A stretch of DNA of 62,956 nucleotides, filler included, from Stramenopiles sp. TOSAG23-6 (lineage: Eukaryota): assembly GCA_900128565.1 (NCBI GenBank). It is 6 parts of 6 records of this genome, joined end to end, with 100 filler letters (N's around TTAATTAATTAA, not from the genome) between each part and the next. Parts side by side here need not be neighbours in the genome. Positions count along the whole stretch, not along the records: positions 37,001 to 49,195 come from LT636212.1; positions 49,296 to 61,450 come from LT636213.1; 4 more parts are not named here. One strand, 5' to 3'. The notes below the pieces were generated by a model that was not told where the DNA came from, ran no database searches, and saw only the letters and a list, made by a program, of their open reading frames with translations. Within the stretch, counting starts at the first letter, position 1. Each line of letters starts with the position of its first letter. The position numbers and the translations under genes are program-made. Positions 40,141 through 51,443 of this stretch are shown here, piece after piece.

Positions 40141-42966
40141 ATGGTTAAACACAAAACTAATCTCGAGAATCCATGGGATGGTGAGGACTGGCAATCTGTT
40201 GATGTCACTATGGAAACAGCCATGTCTTGGAGTGAAGGGGGATTTCTCGGTCTTGAAGTTTTAGATGGCAGCACTGTTGAAGTAAAGAAGGGTAAAGGTG
40301 GAGTATGCACGATCAAATCCCGTAGGCCAAAGAAAACAAGTAAGCGTAAGCGTAAGAACACAAGCAAATCAATGTCTTTTGATTTGTCTTCAAAAAGTAC
40401 GACAATTCCGAAAGACTATGCAACAGGAAAGCCATCGTTGTCAAAAGATGTAGAAGAATCTCCTTTGATAACTCGTCCTTCAACTATCGACAGTAAGGAG
40501 GAATTACGCTCTATAGATGCCCAGATAGCTTTTCTCGAAGCGAAAAAAATTGATGCTCAGATCAAAGCGTTACAGGCAAAGAAATATTCGCTCACTAAAA
40601 GGATAACAGTGACAACTAATTCAGCAAATTCTGAGTCTGAGCCTAATCCTAACACTCAGAAAGAAAAGTGTAATAATGTAAATAGTACAACAGTATCAAG
40701 TGAAAAGAAGAAGAAGAAACGCAAACGTGACCGAAGTAAAGAACGAGCAGCACGGAAACGCCGCAAGGCATCTGGAATTACAGTAGCTGAAGAGCGAAAA
40801 TTATTGAAAAAGAATTTATCTGGTACTGTTCAGAAAAATACGAGAAACAATTCGTTAGGTACGGAATTTCGTACGAAAAATCATTGTGACATGAGTGCGT
40901 GGGAATCTCTTAATCTTCACTCAGATCTTATAGCTAATTTGCAAAAATTAGGTTTCGATACCCCAACTCCGATACAACTTAAATGTATTGCTGCTGCTGT
41001 AACGACAGGCAAAGATGTTCTTGGTGCTGCTGAAACAGGATCCGGTAAAACTCTTGCGTTTTCATTACCGATTCTTGTACGTTTTAATCTTGAATTTCGA
41101 ATTTCAATTTTTTTTTCATACGAAATTTCGTACCTAACAAATATTTTTTCTTAAAATTGTTTTTTCACAATACATCATCGTTTATTAGAAGAACGTGACA
41201 TTTTTGAAGCAAAACGAGCACGAGATACTATGGATGGTATTGTAGAACAAGAACAACAATCTGAAGATACACGTCTTCGATGTTTGATCATTTGCCCTAC
41301 TAGAGAACTTGCACTTCAGGTAACCCGTCATATTATAAAAGTATCATGTGATACTGGTATTAATGTTATGGCTCTTGTAGGTGGTATGGCACAAGTGAAA
41401 CAGGATCGATTACTTGCGAAACGTCCTGAGATTATTGTTGGAACTCCTGGACGTTTATGGCAATTAATGAGAGATGGTCAAGAGCATTTAAATGATCTTT
41501 CAGCAGTTAATTTTCTAGCAATAGACGAAGCGGATCGAATGGCATCTCCTGGAAGTTATCCAGAATTAAAAATGATTTTTGAAAAATTGAAAAAATCAGA
41601 TGAATTAGTTGAATCAGGATCAATGTTTAGTAGAAAGGCGCAAATGTTTAATGATCTCGCTGATTTTGATGACGATGTAGTGAATTTGTCTGAGGATGAT
41701 GAAGATGACATTGTATCTAGTGATGTGAATGATGATGTAAATGAAGAAGAAAATCGTACAAATTCATTACCAATGAATGCTGTTTCTCCAAATACTCAAA
41801 AACAAAAGAAACAATTAAAGAAACAAGGTCGAAGATATAGTAGAGTACATCGCCAAGTACTTCTCTTTTCAGCAACTTTAACAATTGGTCAAGAAGGACG
41901 TGAACAACGAAAAAGTAACAAAAACAATAATCAAAATGTACAAAACTCTGGTAGTATTGATAAGAATATTTATTCTTTAGCTCTTCTTTGTGGTTGTGGC
42001 AAATTTTCTACACCTGCAATCATTGATGTTACTACGGCATCTACAAAAACACCATCCAAGACTGAAATAATTCAATATGGGAAAAAAAAATCTCAATTTT
42101 CACTTCCTGATGGTCTTGAACTTTGTCAAATATTTTGTTCGGATGATGAGAAAGATGCATATCTTTATTATTTTTTTTCAGAATATGCTGGGAGGACACT
42201 TATTTTTGTGAATGCTATATCACATGTAAAACGATTAACTGTTTTATTACAACTTTTGAAACTTCCTGCGTACTCTTTACATGCAAAAATGCAGCAACGT
42301 GCGCGCCTTAAAAATCTTGATCGATTTCGTGCAGAAAAAAATACTATCTTAGTTGCGACTGACGTTGCTGCTCGTGGATTAGATATTCCTTTAGTGGAAC
42401 ATGTTGTTAATTATCATTTGCCACGATCTACTGAATTATTCGTTCATCGTAGTGGACGTACAGCTAGAGCAAATACAGAAGGAATTAGTATTTCGCTTGT
42501 GGCAGCACAGGAACAATCTCTATATAGAACAACATGTAATGTTTTAGGAATGCCTCAAGGTCTTGCTGCGTTCCCTGTAGATTTGTCTTCTATGAAACAA
42601 TTACACACTCGTTGTAATATAGCCAAAAAATTAGCAATTTTACAAGTAAAACTTTCTAAAAAAAAAAGTAAAAATAATTGGTTAATTCAAGCTGCAAGGG
42701 ACGCTGATATTGTTATGGATGAAAATCTTCGACACGAAATGTCTAATAATGGTTCTGATGAAAAACGTCAAAAAGTTTTAGTTGCTCAATTAGCAGCGGA
42801 AATGAATAGACCTTTACTTGGTCGAGTCAGAGGAGGGATGTTGAAGGTTAAGGTAGCACATGCCGAAGCAAGTACAAAAAAGAAAAGATCTCAGGAAAAA
42901 GCGAAACTAACACGAAAAGCAGCAAGCGATCTCCGATATTCCGGTTCAATGAATGGATTTAACTGA
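40141..42966 (+). CDS. DDX24: DEAD-box RNA helicase DDX24/MAK5; 2 exons
   Basis: [61 protein letters not shown]. Confidence 0.92.
41077..41175 (+). mobile_element. Introner-like intron GT-AT
   Basis: CTT|GTACGT...AATACAT|CAT restores LPIL-HRLL. Confidence 0.92.
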
Positions 42967-43118
42967 TATAAATTTAATAAAGAAGAAAAATAAAAATAAA
43001 GATTTACTCGCAAACAGAATTGAAACTTAATGTACAATGTCTCTCAACGTCAACAACAAAACAGCACCCAATCTCAATCGAGTTCTCTTACATCATTCCT
43101 GTGATAATTTTATTTTTA

Positions 43119-45565
43119 TTAATCCTTGTACATATTCTCCTTTCTCGCAATCTTCGCTTTTGACTCGGTAGTTCTACGTAGATGTCTCGTAAAAGATGTA
43201 CTTGCACCATTTGAATAAAGGTCCTTAGCAAGATCCGAAAGATCATTCATTGAACTTTCGAAATCGAGTCCATTAATCGTGTTTCTAATTGCTCGCCCGT
43301 TCAATCCGGCAGCTTTTTCACCTTCAGGCGTATCCGGATATACAAAACACATAGCCCCGGGTAATCCAGGGGGGGCAAAGCAAGAAAATATCCCATATCT
43401 CGCCTTATAATCAAAATAGGTGAAGTCACCCAATACTTCAGGAAGCACATGAATGATCACTGCATCACCAAGCACTGCACACGATTCCTGCTTTATCTTT
43501 GTTAGCGTTCGTTTTTCAGTGAGAAGACAAGCAGCACGAGCATTTGGTTTACTATCGGTTCTGGAAAATTCTCTCTTTACAAAAACAATTTTTATTTCAC
43601 CCTCCAATCCTGAATTTTCTCGTCTTGACGTTTCAATAGCTAGCTTATCAACAGATACATCAAATACTGTATTCGCAATGTTTGCTATACAGCCATTGAC
43701 ATTTGTACTCGACGACACAAACGTTGCATAAGGCATTTTAGATGAATCACCAGGAAACACAACAATAGAAATTAAATTACCTCGATGTTCACTTCGTCGC
43801 TTTGTTTTACAAACCTGTTTGTGGGAATAATTGTGCATTGTTGACTTACCTTTCCAGTCTAGTTTTTGACCTATGTTGATTGTTATAAAGAATGAAATAT
43901 TAGTTAGTACACAACTTGTGAATATCATAGATGAAATCTTGGATTCTGTCAAATAATGCTCCAATGTAACGTACACGTTTTCCCACAATATTTCACGGAT
44001 TCACATCTTCCGCAGCTAAAAAATGTATTTTTTAAAGATTCTTTTGTTCCACAATTTGCACATATATTTACAGGCATAGGCAATTGAATAATCCGACCAG
44101 TATTAGCAGCATCTTGACCTTCTTCGTCCTCTGACTCATTATATGCACCTGCCGCATTTTGTCTCTCACGAAATTTTGCACGCATTTCAGGTTGTTTTTC
44201 CAATACTTTCGACTGCATTGTCACTCCTTTATCCTCCTCTTGCTGTTCCATTATAATTGTTCTACCACATATTTGATCCTCTGAATACGACTGGGTTACC
44301 CAAAAGGTCGCAAAAATCGAGCCTTGATCAGCAAATTCTTGAAGTTTCTCTTTCGTTGAGAGATCCCACATCTTTTCATCATACAGAAATCCCTCCGCTT
44401 TACTAGCATGTTTCATTCTCCCATAGCCATATCGCAATTTTTCCCAACCTTTCAGAACCTTTTCTAACTCTAACCTTAATGCAGACTTGTCTTCTACAAG
44501 CCTAATCAAACGTTTCAATTCCTTGCGAATAGTTTTAAACCGTAAGATAGAGCTCCAAAACTGTTGCGGGTCTACCGCTGCAAATATAGTTGGTTCAAGG
44601 CGGTTCGTGTCACCAATAGCCACAGCGGTTCTTAAGTACATTAAAGCCTCCTCAGGACCATAATCAAGAAATCTCTCTTGACGTGCAACAGATTTTTTTG
44701 TCTTGTCAGCAGAAAGGTGCATATATCGCACCTCTAAAGAGTCGTCACGCTCAGGATGTGGACAGGGGTATATTAAGTAAGAGCCGTTAGTCACGGCACC
44801 CATGCGCTCTGCGGAAAGGTCTTCCTTAGCATCGCGAATGCGATGAGGTGTAAACTTACCATAGATAGAGCCTTTTGCTTTTTTTCGTCTTGCAATTGAT
44901 TTACGTAGAAGTGCATCATCATCGGCAATTTTACAAAAATTAGCCAAGATTGATTCATCGAGAAGCGGAAAATCATCATTGCACTGGAGTTTATTACAAT
45001 ATCTTGCAACATTTAAATCGGTAAAGTCTAGAACAACTTGTTTCGAGAGAGGTGAAGTATGAACTAAGCCTGAAATTGCCATTTTCAAGTTACCACGAAA
45101 CCGACAGCAATCCCCAGAAAGATACTGCCGATCAGTTTCTTGCCCAAGGATGCAAATAGCATTGAAGTTTTTCGTTCGCAGATTTTTACGGCCTACACCA
45201 ACACCACATGGTGTGCACTCTAATATATCGAAATTCGCAGGTTGCAGTGATTTTTTTCCTTTTTGACCGTCTAGATGACATGCAAATCGTCCATTAGTCT
45301 GCTTGTTAATAATTTCACCTACACTGCCATTACATTTACGACCGGTCTCACTCTTTAACCCATGCACACAAATCAATGAACGAGGTTTTGGTCCCATCCC
45401 TTGACTTACAAGAAACTGGCGGTATTCCTCAGGAGTGAAAAATGATTTCAAAGCATCCCAGCCTTTCGGACTTTTTGTGCACTCACCTAGAAGCCTTTTG
45501 AATTCTGCTTTTCGGCCTTCCTGCATCATACTCAATAATTTCTCGAATTCTGCATCATTTCCCAT
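43119..45565 (-). CDS. MYND zinc-finger protein; 2 exons
   Basis: CANC..CGRC..YCGKT|CQKLDW..HKQVC completed by intron 43871-43974. Confidence 0.85.
43871..43974 (-). other. Canonical GT-AG intron with TACTAAC branch site
   Basis: GTACGT donor, TACTAAC at 43903-43909, CATAG acceptor. Confidence 0.92.
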
Positions 45566-45839
45566 GATCAAAGAATAGCAAACTGGTTAATTAAATTTTC
45601 TCTTTGAATGGATGGATACTACTGGAAAAATATAGTTTAAAGAAAAGAAACAAAATACTAGTAGATTGAACTGGATCAACATTTATATAAATCCCATTAT
45701 TTCGTGTTTTGTTGACTAGCAAAAGTAGCAGATGTCTTACATCATTCGCGGATGGTTCTTCTTACGCAAGAAAGACATAGATCATTACTGAATTGGGATT
45801 TATTCACGTGTTTTTACCCACGACATTGTTATCACAAGT

Positions 45840-46475
45840 ATGGCACTTCCTGCAAAACTTGGTTTAATGATTCTAAAGGTTGGTGTAAAGCCATTTGCGA
45901 ATGCTTTAAAAGAAAGAGCTGCCACGAATGAAGCCTTCGCAAAAACTTGTGCTTCATTGGGCCGAAGGGCCACTCGTATGACTGCTTATTTAAAAATTCG
46001 CGCAGCTGGCCATGAACCCAAGGTAATTAAGGACACATTATCTAACAAAGCCGCGGTGAAGCGGGGTAGTGAAGTAATTGCTGAGCTCCTAATATTTAGT
46101 ATAGTGGGTACAGCTACAGTTGGTGTATTTTCCCAAAAGTCTTACCAGGAAGAAATAGAGAAGAAAGAAAAAGAAGAAAGGTTGGACGCTAGATTTAGAG
46201 CTTTAAGCGAGTCTGTAGATAAATTACAACAACAAATCAATGAATTGAGAAATACTTTGGAAGATACGAAGGCCAAAGTGTCTGTAGAAAAATTGAAAAA
46301 AGGTGGTAATGTTTTGAGTGTTTCACGTGCAACCAAAGAAATTGAAGATAATAGGTCAATGTTGAATAGTAAGTTTTATTTTTGGTGGGATGATGCTTAT
46401 GCATTGATGTGTTCAAGGATCAATGGCTTGGTGTATTCATGTGGACAAATGTTAATGCAATGGTATCGATATTAA
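45840..46475 (+). CDS. OPA3: OPA3-like protein
   Basis: LPAKLGLMILKVGVKPFANALKERA...AVKRGSEVIAELLIFS followed by a coiled coil. Confidence 0.85.
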   Translation: MALPAKLGLMILKVGVKPFANALKERAATNEAFAKTCASLGRRATRMTAYLKIRAAGHEPKVIKDTLSNKAAVKRGSEVIAELLIFSIVGTATVGVFSQKSYQEEIEKKEKEERLDARFRALSESVDKLQQQINELRNTLEDTKAKVSVEKLKKGGNVLSVSRATKEIEDNRSMLNSKFYFWWDDAYALMCSRINGLVYSCGQMLMQWYRY

Positions 46476-46604
46476 TATAAACTTTTCTTTGTAGACTTTT
46501 TTTAAATCTTTTATTCTTTTCGTTGAAGCAAAGAAGACGAGTTTTTTTTTTTTTTTTTTAAATCTTTTATTCTTTTCGTTGAAGCAAAGAAGACGAGGTT
46601 TCTT

Positions 46605-48557
46605 TTATTCTTTTCGTTGAAGCAAAGAAGACGAGGTTTCTTCAAAACGTCTACGAACTTCACTTATCCACTCAGGCATTGATGATGACTGTTTCGTTTT
46701 CCCCCATTCATGTATTGAATGATATGTAGTTTCTTCTTTACTAGTTTTGACATTTTTTATTTTTCGTTGATTTAGTTTTATATTTTGATTTTGATTTGAT
46801 TTTCGATCTTTTTTATTTTCCTCATTTGCTTTTTGATTACATTGAATTACATTTTGCTTAATATTTTCCTGACACTGATTTTCTTTAGTACAACCTTCTT
46901 TCATAGAAGATACTTCAAATGCTGGTTTTTGCTTTATTAAACTATGCTTCACTTTTTTTGGAATGGTGAATTCTTCTGGATTTTCTGCATTGGCTTTCAA
47001 ACAAAGATTCCCAAAACAACCATTAGGAAAACTGTTCATACTATTATTATTATCATTCTTTTTCACAGAATCATTTTGTTGCTTTTTATTAATTTCGATA
47101 GCATCCAAACTATTTAGAACTGATGGTTCATGATCAGTAACTGTTGGTAGAACTGAATTTACTTTCTTCTCTATTTGTTTTTCTAGGTGATTTAGTCTCA
47201 TTTTTATCAAAGTAAAAGAGTCATTTTGCTGAGAAGCAGGTTTGCTCACAATGTTGTTGCGTTCCACTTTATTCATTCTTCCTTCTAACAATAGCATTCT
47301 AGCCGATAAAGTTTCCGCCACGTCTTTCATTTGTTTTGCAATTTCTGCAACTTGACGAGTTATACTTTCCAAGACGAAGACATTTTGTATATTTTGTGTA
47401 TTTTCTTCGTTTTGTGTATTTTGTGTATTTTGTATATTTTGTGTATCTTGTATATTTAGTGTATTTTGTATATTTTGTGTATTTAGTGTATTTTGTATAT
47501 TTTGTGTATTATGCGTGTTTTGTATATTTTGTGCATTGTGTATGTTTATTTTGTTTGTATATGTATTCTCCTCTTCTTTTTCTTTCTGTGGTACAACCGT
47601 CAGATCCAGAGGGGTAAAACTTGACGAATTTGAATCCGTACTACATTTCGAACCTAATGAATTTCGACTTTGCTGAGTGTCACCTTCTTTATTATTATCC
47701 TCTTGGACGAGCTGTTCAGGTTTATTCTCCAATGTATAACATACTCTATTTTCTTGAATTATATTAGATGTATTATCAGTTGCATAACGATTATTTGAAG
47801 AGTCATCAAAATTAATACTTTGCTGAAGCGGGCTAGGGTTAGGGTTAGTCATCGTTTTTTTCTGAAGCATTTCCTTATAAATACTCTGCTGTAGCGTAGG
47901 CTGCTTAACTTTTTCATCGACTCGTCGTTTCATCCATAACTTATCAGAAGATAATCTTGCCTCTGCACGAAAGACTGCGGAGTTTGTTGCAGCGCGACCA
48001 CTCTCTCGCTTTCCTTTCAAAGCATTCCGTCGATTCAATACAACTTTTTGTTTTTCTGTGATAAGTTTACCTTCCTTTACAGCTTTTACAGCCGCAATGC
48101 GTTGAGCCCTTCTTACATTTACATCAGTGGTATCCAATTTTCTGTCTTTTCTGGGTCTCTGAATATTCTTTAGTTTACGTTGACGCTCAGTGTGCTTTTG
48201 AAAACACAAATCAATGCACTCACAAAGAAAGATTATTTTCTGTTCTACAAAACCATTGGAAAGTAATTGTTGCGAGGTTAGCCGAAGCCGATGATTAAAA
48301 CTTCGCTGTATTACACGGAGGATTCCACTCACAAAATCTGAATCTGTCTTTGCATACAGGTCGAAACCACTATCAGTAATTAATCTAGCGACATGGCGTG
48401 AATAGTCAAGAAAAATATAGTGTAATAGGGGGAGAAAAGACTTTGGGTCACCAAGAGATAGAGATTCAAAAGAGATTTCACGAGGATACGCTATTCGCTT
48501 TAATTGCCCCTTTAATTTGATGAAATTGTTCTGCATGTCACCTGTAGAGTGTAACAT
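46605..48557 (-). CDS. CEP44: Centrosomal protein CEP44-like
   Basis: TGDMQNN..LKRIAYP..GDPKSFLPLLHYIFLDYS..DLYAKTD..GFVEQKI. Confidence 0.85.
   Translation of the reverse strand: MLHSTGDMQNNFIKLKGQLKRIAYPREISFESLSLGDPKSFLPLLHYIFLDYSRHVARLITDSGFDLYAKTDSDFVSGILRVIQRSFNHRLRLTSQQLLSNGFVEQKIIFLCECIDLCFQKHTERQRKLKNIQRPRKDRKLDTTDVNVRRAQRIAAVKAVKEGKLITEKQKVVLNRRNALKGKRESGRAATNSAVFRAEARLSSDKLWMKRRVDEKVKQPTLQQSIYKEMLQKKTMTNPNPSPLQQSINFDDSSNNRYATDNTSNIIQENRVCYTLENKPEQLVQEDNNKEGDTQQSRNSLGSKCSTDSNSSSFTPLDLTVVPQKEKEEENTYTNKINIHNAQNIQNTHNTQNIQNTLNTQNIQNTLNIQDTQNIQNTQNTQNEENTQNIQNVFVLESITRQVAEIAKQMKDVAETLSARMLLLEGRMNKVERNNIVSKPASQQNDSFTLIKMRLNHLEKQIEKKVNSVLPTVTDHEPSVLNSLDAIEINKKQQNDSVKKNDNNNSMNSFPNGCFGNLCLKANAENPEEFTIPKKVKHSLIKQKPAFEVSSMKEGCTKENQCQENIKQNVIQCNQKANEENKKDRKSNQNQNIKLNQRKIKNVKTSKEETTYHSIHEWGKTKQSSSMPEWISEVRRRFEETSSSLLQRKE
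47382..47542 (-). repeat. 9-bp coding tandem repeat (NIQ/NTQ)
   Basis: Repeated ttgtgtatt/ttgtatatt units. Confidence 0.9.
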
Positions 48558-48741
48558 TGTGTAGAATAACCCGGGGGTTCGGAATTCACGAAGCTCTCTT
48601 TTTTGGCTGTAAATTTTCTTCAATTTTTTTCTTGCCAAAATCTCCGTTTATTTCAAATTCGAAAATGTTGAGATTTTCTCAGAGGCAAAATTTTTACTAA
48701 TACTAATAAATGAAACGATTATTATATAAGTCTACTACATA

Positions 48742-48906
48742 ATATTTTCAAGACTTTTTTATTTTTTGTTTTTTTTACCCTAAAATTTAAAAATATTTTC
48801 AAGACTTTTTTATTCTTTTTGGTTTTTCAAATATTTTCAAGACTTTTTTATTCTTTTTGGTTTTTTAAATATTTTCAAGACTTTTTTATTCTTTTTGGTT
48901 TTTTAA
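48742..48906. repeat. Intergenic ~38-bp tandem repeat, about 4 copies
   Basis: aatattttcaagacttttttatt(c)tttt repeated. Confidence 0.85.
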
Positions 48907-49040
48907 ATGGTTAAAACCAGCAACATCTCCTTTTTCTGTAATGGCAAATGCTTTGTATATATGACCCATTTCCTGTGGCTCCATCAATCTTTTATATCCA
49001 TCCACGATATTTTTTGCTTCTTCTTCATCAGCAGCATGCC

Positions 49041-49129
49041 ATGTAAAGAAATATTTGAAATTATAAATTTGTTAGGTACAAAATTTGGTGCGAAAAAAAT
49101 TAAAATTAAAATTCATGATGAAAATGTAC
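49041..49129 (-). mobile_element. Introner-like intron GT-AT before a short unidentified terminal exon
   Basis: AT|GTACATTTTCATCATG...GTACCTAAC...TTTACAT; a second partial copy lies at 49131-49195. Confidence 0.7.
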
Positions 49130-49195
49130 ATGGCAAAAAAAAAAAAAAAAAAAAAATAAAAAATTTGTTTAGGTAAAAAATTTTGTACCAAAAAA

Positions 49196-49295
49196 NNNNN
49201 NNNNNNNNNNNNNNNNNNNNNNNNNNNNNNNNNNNNNNNTTAATTAATTAANNNNNNNNNNNNNNNNNNNNNNNNNNNNNNNNNNNNNNNNNNNN
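49196..49295. other. Artificial contig linker
   Basis: N-TTAATTAATTAA-N. Confidence 0.97.
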
Positions 49296-49361
49296 TTTCG
49301 TACGAAATTTTGTACCTAACAAATTTTAGTTTTTTTTTTGAAATATTTTTCCAAAATTCAT
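49296..49361 (+). mobile_element. Introner-like intron, 3' part ending AT
   Basis: Core plus ...CCAAAATTCAT. Confidence 0.8.
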
Positions 49362-49945
49362 CTGTTCAAACAGTTGATAATCGTGGCAATTCCGCTCTAA
49401 TGTGTGCAGTACAATGCGGTAATATATCAGTTGTAAGTAGATTATTAGATTTTTCAACAACTTTTAAATATTCAAAAACATTATTTTATTTAGATACAAA
49501 AAATCACGCTTCTGAAACAGCTCTAATGATTGCAGCAAAATGCGGTCGACCAAAATTAACACGAAGACTTCTTATAGCTGGTGCCTGTATTGATACAGTA
49601 AATGATAACAAAGTAGGAGCTCTAGAATTGGCTATAGAAGGAGGATATAGAAAAACTGCATTGCAAATACTTGAATTCAAACTTCTCCAAGAGGACTCTA
49701 ACCTCACAGATCAAGAAAGTAATAATTATAGTAGTAGTAGTAGTAGTAGTAGCACTGACGAATGTACTGATGAAGATGATTCTCAAAATATTATACAAAA
49801 TAAAAGAAGATCTGGGCCCAGCACTAAGGCTGCTACTTGTAGCGAATTAGAAAAAAATATCGCGATAAAAAAAGATCTTGAATTCTCGAAACGTTTACAA
49901 CATAGACTAGATGACTTATTTCATTCTCATTTGGATAAAAAATAA
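49362..49945 (+). CDS. Ankyrin-repeat protein, last exon
   Basis: GNSALMCAVQCGN, ETALMIAAKCG..LLIAGA. Confidence 0.85.
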
Positions 49946-50106
49946 AACAACATAGACTAGATGACTTATTTCATTCTCATTTGGATAAAAAATAAATATT
50001 TTTATTGTTGAGCGTACAATTTTTTCACATTGGCCATTGCATGATGCGCCAAGCTTTTTTACTTTCCCTTCGAGATTCTCAGTTTTAGATCAGTTTTTAG
50101 ACAAGT

Positions 50107-51150
50107 TTATATTCTTCGAGCAGCAAACCATATTCTGCCACAGACTTCAGCATCATGCGCAGCATTATGATGATCAAATCCATTAATAGCATTTTCCGAT
50201 GATGAGGGATCAACCCAACGTTTATAGGCTCTTTTAAGATCTATAGTTCTCCACTTTATATTTGTGCACATTGCCATAGTACAGTTTTTTTTTACATTCC
50301 AAAGTATTTCCCCCCAATCATCTCTGCATAATCGTTGAATTTCGGAGTCAATTATTCCCATATCAAATTCTAGTTTATGTGCAACAACTCGACCACCTTC
50401 CAATTGACATTGTTTTACGTCACTAATAAAATTCTGTAAAGCTGTTGCCACAGGAATTCCATTGCTTCTAAGTATTTCATCTTTTATTTTATGATATTGT
50501 GAAGCTTTCTCTGATATCGTAGGACAATCACTAATGTAATGTTTATTCCTTTTAAGCAATATACCTTCTTCGTTAAATACACACCAGGAAAGTTCAACCA
50601 TTCTTGCATAGCCGAATATTCTTTTTCCATTAATCCAATCGTGGGTCTCAACATCCACTGATAGTATACAAATTTTGCGATCAACATTATTTAAAGTGCA
50701 AACATCTGCAGGGCGCATGGGAAAGTGATAATGAATATTTTTCTTCGAAGAAGTGCGAAACCTAGTAAAAGATACTGCTCTTTCTCCAATAGGATTGAAC
50801 CCCCACCATTTGTCAGAGATTTTGATGAGATCACTGGAAGAAGGTGGGTGCCATTCTGCGTATTTTGGATGAAACTTTGGAGTAGTAATGGTGTAGCTCT
50901 TTTCGTGCTTACGGGGGAAAACATACTGAGGTATTCTTTTTACACTAAAAAACCTTTCACAGAGATTTACTTTTGAAATCTTCTGTTTCTTACAATTATC
51001 CAGGCAAGTCCTTTTAAGTGAAGTGCTTCGATCATTTTCTTTCGAAAGTCCACGTTTGAGTGCGCAATTCGCCGATAAAGTCCCTAGCTTGACATCATCA
51101 TCGCGGGAACTTTCCCAATTTTCAATTCGTACTTTTATACTTTTCTCCAT
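50107..51150 (-). CDS. DEDDh (DnaQ-like) 3'-5' exonuclease
   Basis: VDVETH, VAHKLEFD, CTM, HNAAHDAEVC. Confidence 0.85.
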   Translation of the reverse strand: MEKSIKVRIENWESSRDDDVKLGTLSANCALKRGLSKENDRSTSLKRTCLDNCKKQKISKVNLCERFFSVKRIPQYVFPRKHEKSYTITTPKFHPKYAEWHPPSSSDLIKISDKWWGFNPIGERAVSFTRFRTSSKKNIHYHFPMRPADVCTLNNVDRKICILSVDVETHDWINGKRIFGYARMVELSWCVFNEEGILLKRNKHYISDCPTISEKASQYHKIKDEILRSNGIPVATALQNFISDVKQCQLEGGRVVAHKLEFDMGIIDSEIQRLCRDDWGEILWNVKKNCTMAMCTNIKWRTIDLKRAYKRWVDPSSSENAINGFDHHNAAHDAEVCGRIWFAARRI

Positions 51151-51443
51151 ATTTTATAATCTCTGTCGTAGTGTCATGTCAATTGAAAAAAGTAAATCAA
51201 ATAAAAAATCGAAATGCAATCGAAATGGCGCGGTCAAGTGTTCACATAAATAAATAAAATCGCGCGCAAACCTGCTCAGCAGTTTTGCGCAATCATTAAT
51301 TCGTGTGACGTCGAAGACACGAACACCAACGACACGCGACTGTTCTCGTAACATAAACACTGCGCTACTATACCGCCCCTGAATTACTAGCATTACGCCA
51401 GGCAGTGAAGGGCAGCTTGCATTGAGCCTTTTCTCTTCTGGAA

